From Malacoraja senta (taxonomy: Eukaryota), in the NCBI GenBank assembly GCA_038087875.1, contig CM075988.1:24244001-24308000 (forward strand): DNA of 64,000 nucleotides, written 5' to 3'. Of the stretch, positions 63,147 through 64,000 are shown one piece after another. Every line of letters begins with the position of its first letter. Position 1 is the stretch's first letter. The position numbers and the translations under genes were made by a program. Under the pieces are notes generated by a model. It was not told the DNA's origin. It was given only the letters and a program-made list of their open reading frames with translations, and did no database searches.

Positions 63147-63291
63147 GATGCAAATTGTCAAAGGATTCAGTTTCTCATATGATGGCTCTGAAGTCTTACA
63201 TTTTGTTCATCCTTGTGCCTTAAGAATTTTTCTAATATTCTCTCGCTTCAGAATTCATCTCCAAACCTGTGGATTGTGGAACTTGGGAGAC

Positions 63292-63652
63292 GGACAATAG
63301 ACAATAGGCGTAGGAGTAGGCCATTCGGCCCTTCGAGCCAGCACCGCCATTCAATGTGATCATGGCTGATCATCGCCAATCAGTACCCCGTTCCTGCCTT
63401 CTCCCCATATCCCCTGACTCCTCTTTAACAGCCCAATCTAGCTCTCTCTTGAAAGTATCCAGAGAACCTGGCTCCACCGCCCTCTGAGGCAGAGAATTCC
63501 ACAGGCTCACAATTCTCTGTGAGAAAAAGTGTTTCCTCATCTCCATTCGATATGGCTTATCCCTTATTCTTAAACTGTAGCCCCTGGTTCTGGACTCCCC
63601 CAACATCGGGAACATGTTTCCTGCCTCTAGCGTGTCCAAACCCTTAATAATC
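63292..63652 (-). mobile_element. CR1 3' fragment
   Basis: DTLEAGNMFPMLGESRTRG on the minus strand. Confidence 0.92.
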
Positions 63653-63664
63653 TTTGCTTGGATT

Positions 63665-64000
63665 AAATATCACCAGCAACTTGTCCTGAACTAGTCATAT
63701 CGAAGCATTGGCCAAGAAAGCACACCAACGCCTCTACTTCCTTAGAAGACTTGGGATGTTCGGCATGTCCCCAACAACTCTCACCAACTTCTACAGATGC
63801 CGTAGAAATCATTTCATCGGGATGGATCATAGCTCGGTTTGGGAACAGCTCCATCCAGGGCCACAAGAAATTGCAGGGAATTGTGGACGCAGCCCAAACC
63901 ATCACACAAACCAACTTTCCTACCATTGACTCCATCTACACCTCAAGCTGCCTCGGCAAGGCCATCAGCATAATCAAGGACCCTCAGTCTCACTCCCTCT
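63665..64000 (+). mobile_element. Rex1/Babar-type LINE fragment (runs off the window)
   Basis: AKKAHQRLYFLRRLGMFGMSPTTLTNFYRC. Confidence 0.9.

Overview
Vertebrate genomic DNA, most likely a cartilaginous fish such as a skate or ray. This is inferred from the repeat mix: HE1-like V-SINEs plus abundant CR1, Rex1/Babar and Penelope elements. The window is intronic or intergenic and dense in transposable elements. No host protein-coding exon could be supported, and there are two assembly gaps. It holds many 5'-truncated CR1 LINEs (longest about 2 kb), tRNA-derived V-SINEs, Rex1/Babar and L1 3' fragments, PIF/Harbinger and hAT MITEs, and two long microsatellites. One young 5'-truncated Neptune-type Penelope element has an uninterrupted RT + GIY-YIG frame and a 17-bp TSD. 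About 25 short, often palindromic Penelope 3'-end insertions occur, many with a minimal hammerhead-ribozyme core. The most notable signal is two unrelated families of very short (about 120-180 bp) TSD-flanked retroposons, 5 copies in total. They begin at or within one base of the cleavage site of a minimal HDV/CPEB3-like ribozyme with no real P4, continue with a long stem joining the ribozyme to the 3' end, and finish in an (AAG)n tail. All folds and alignments were done by eye. Boundaries of old repeats are approximate.
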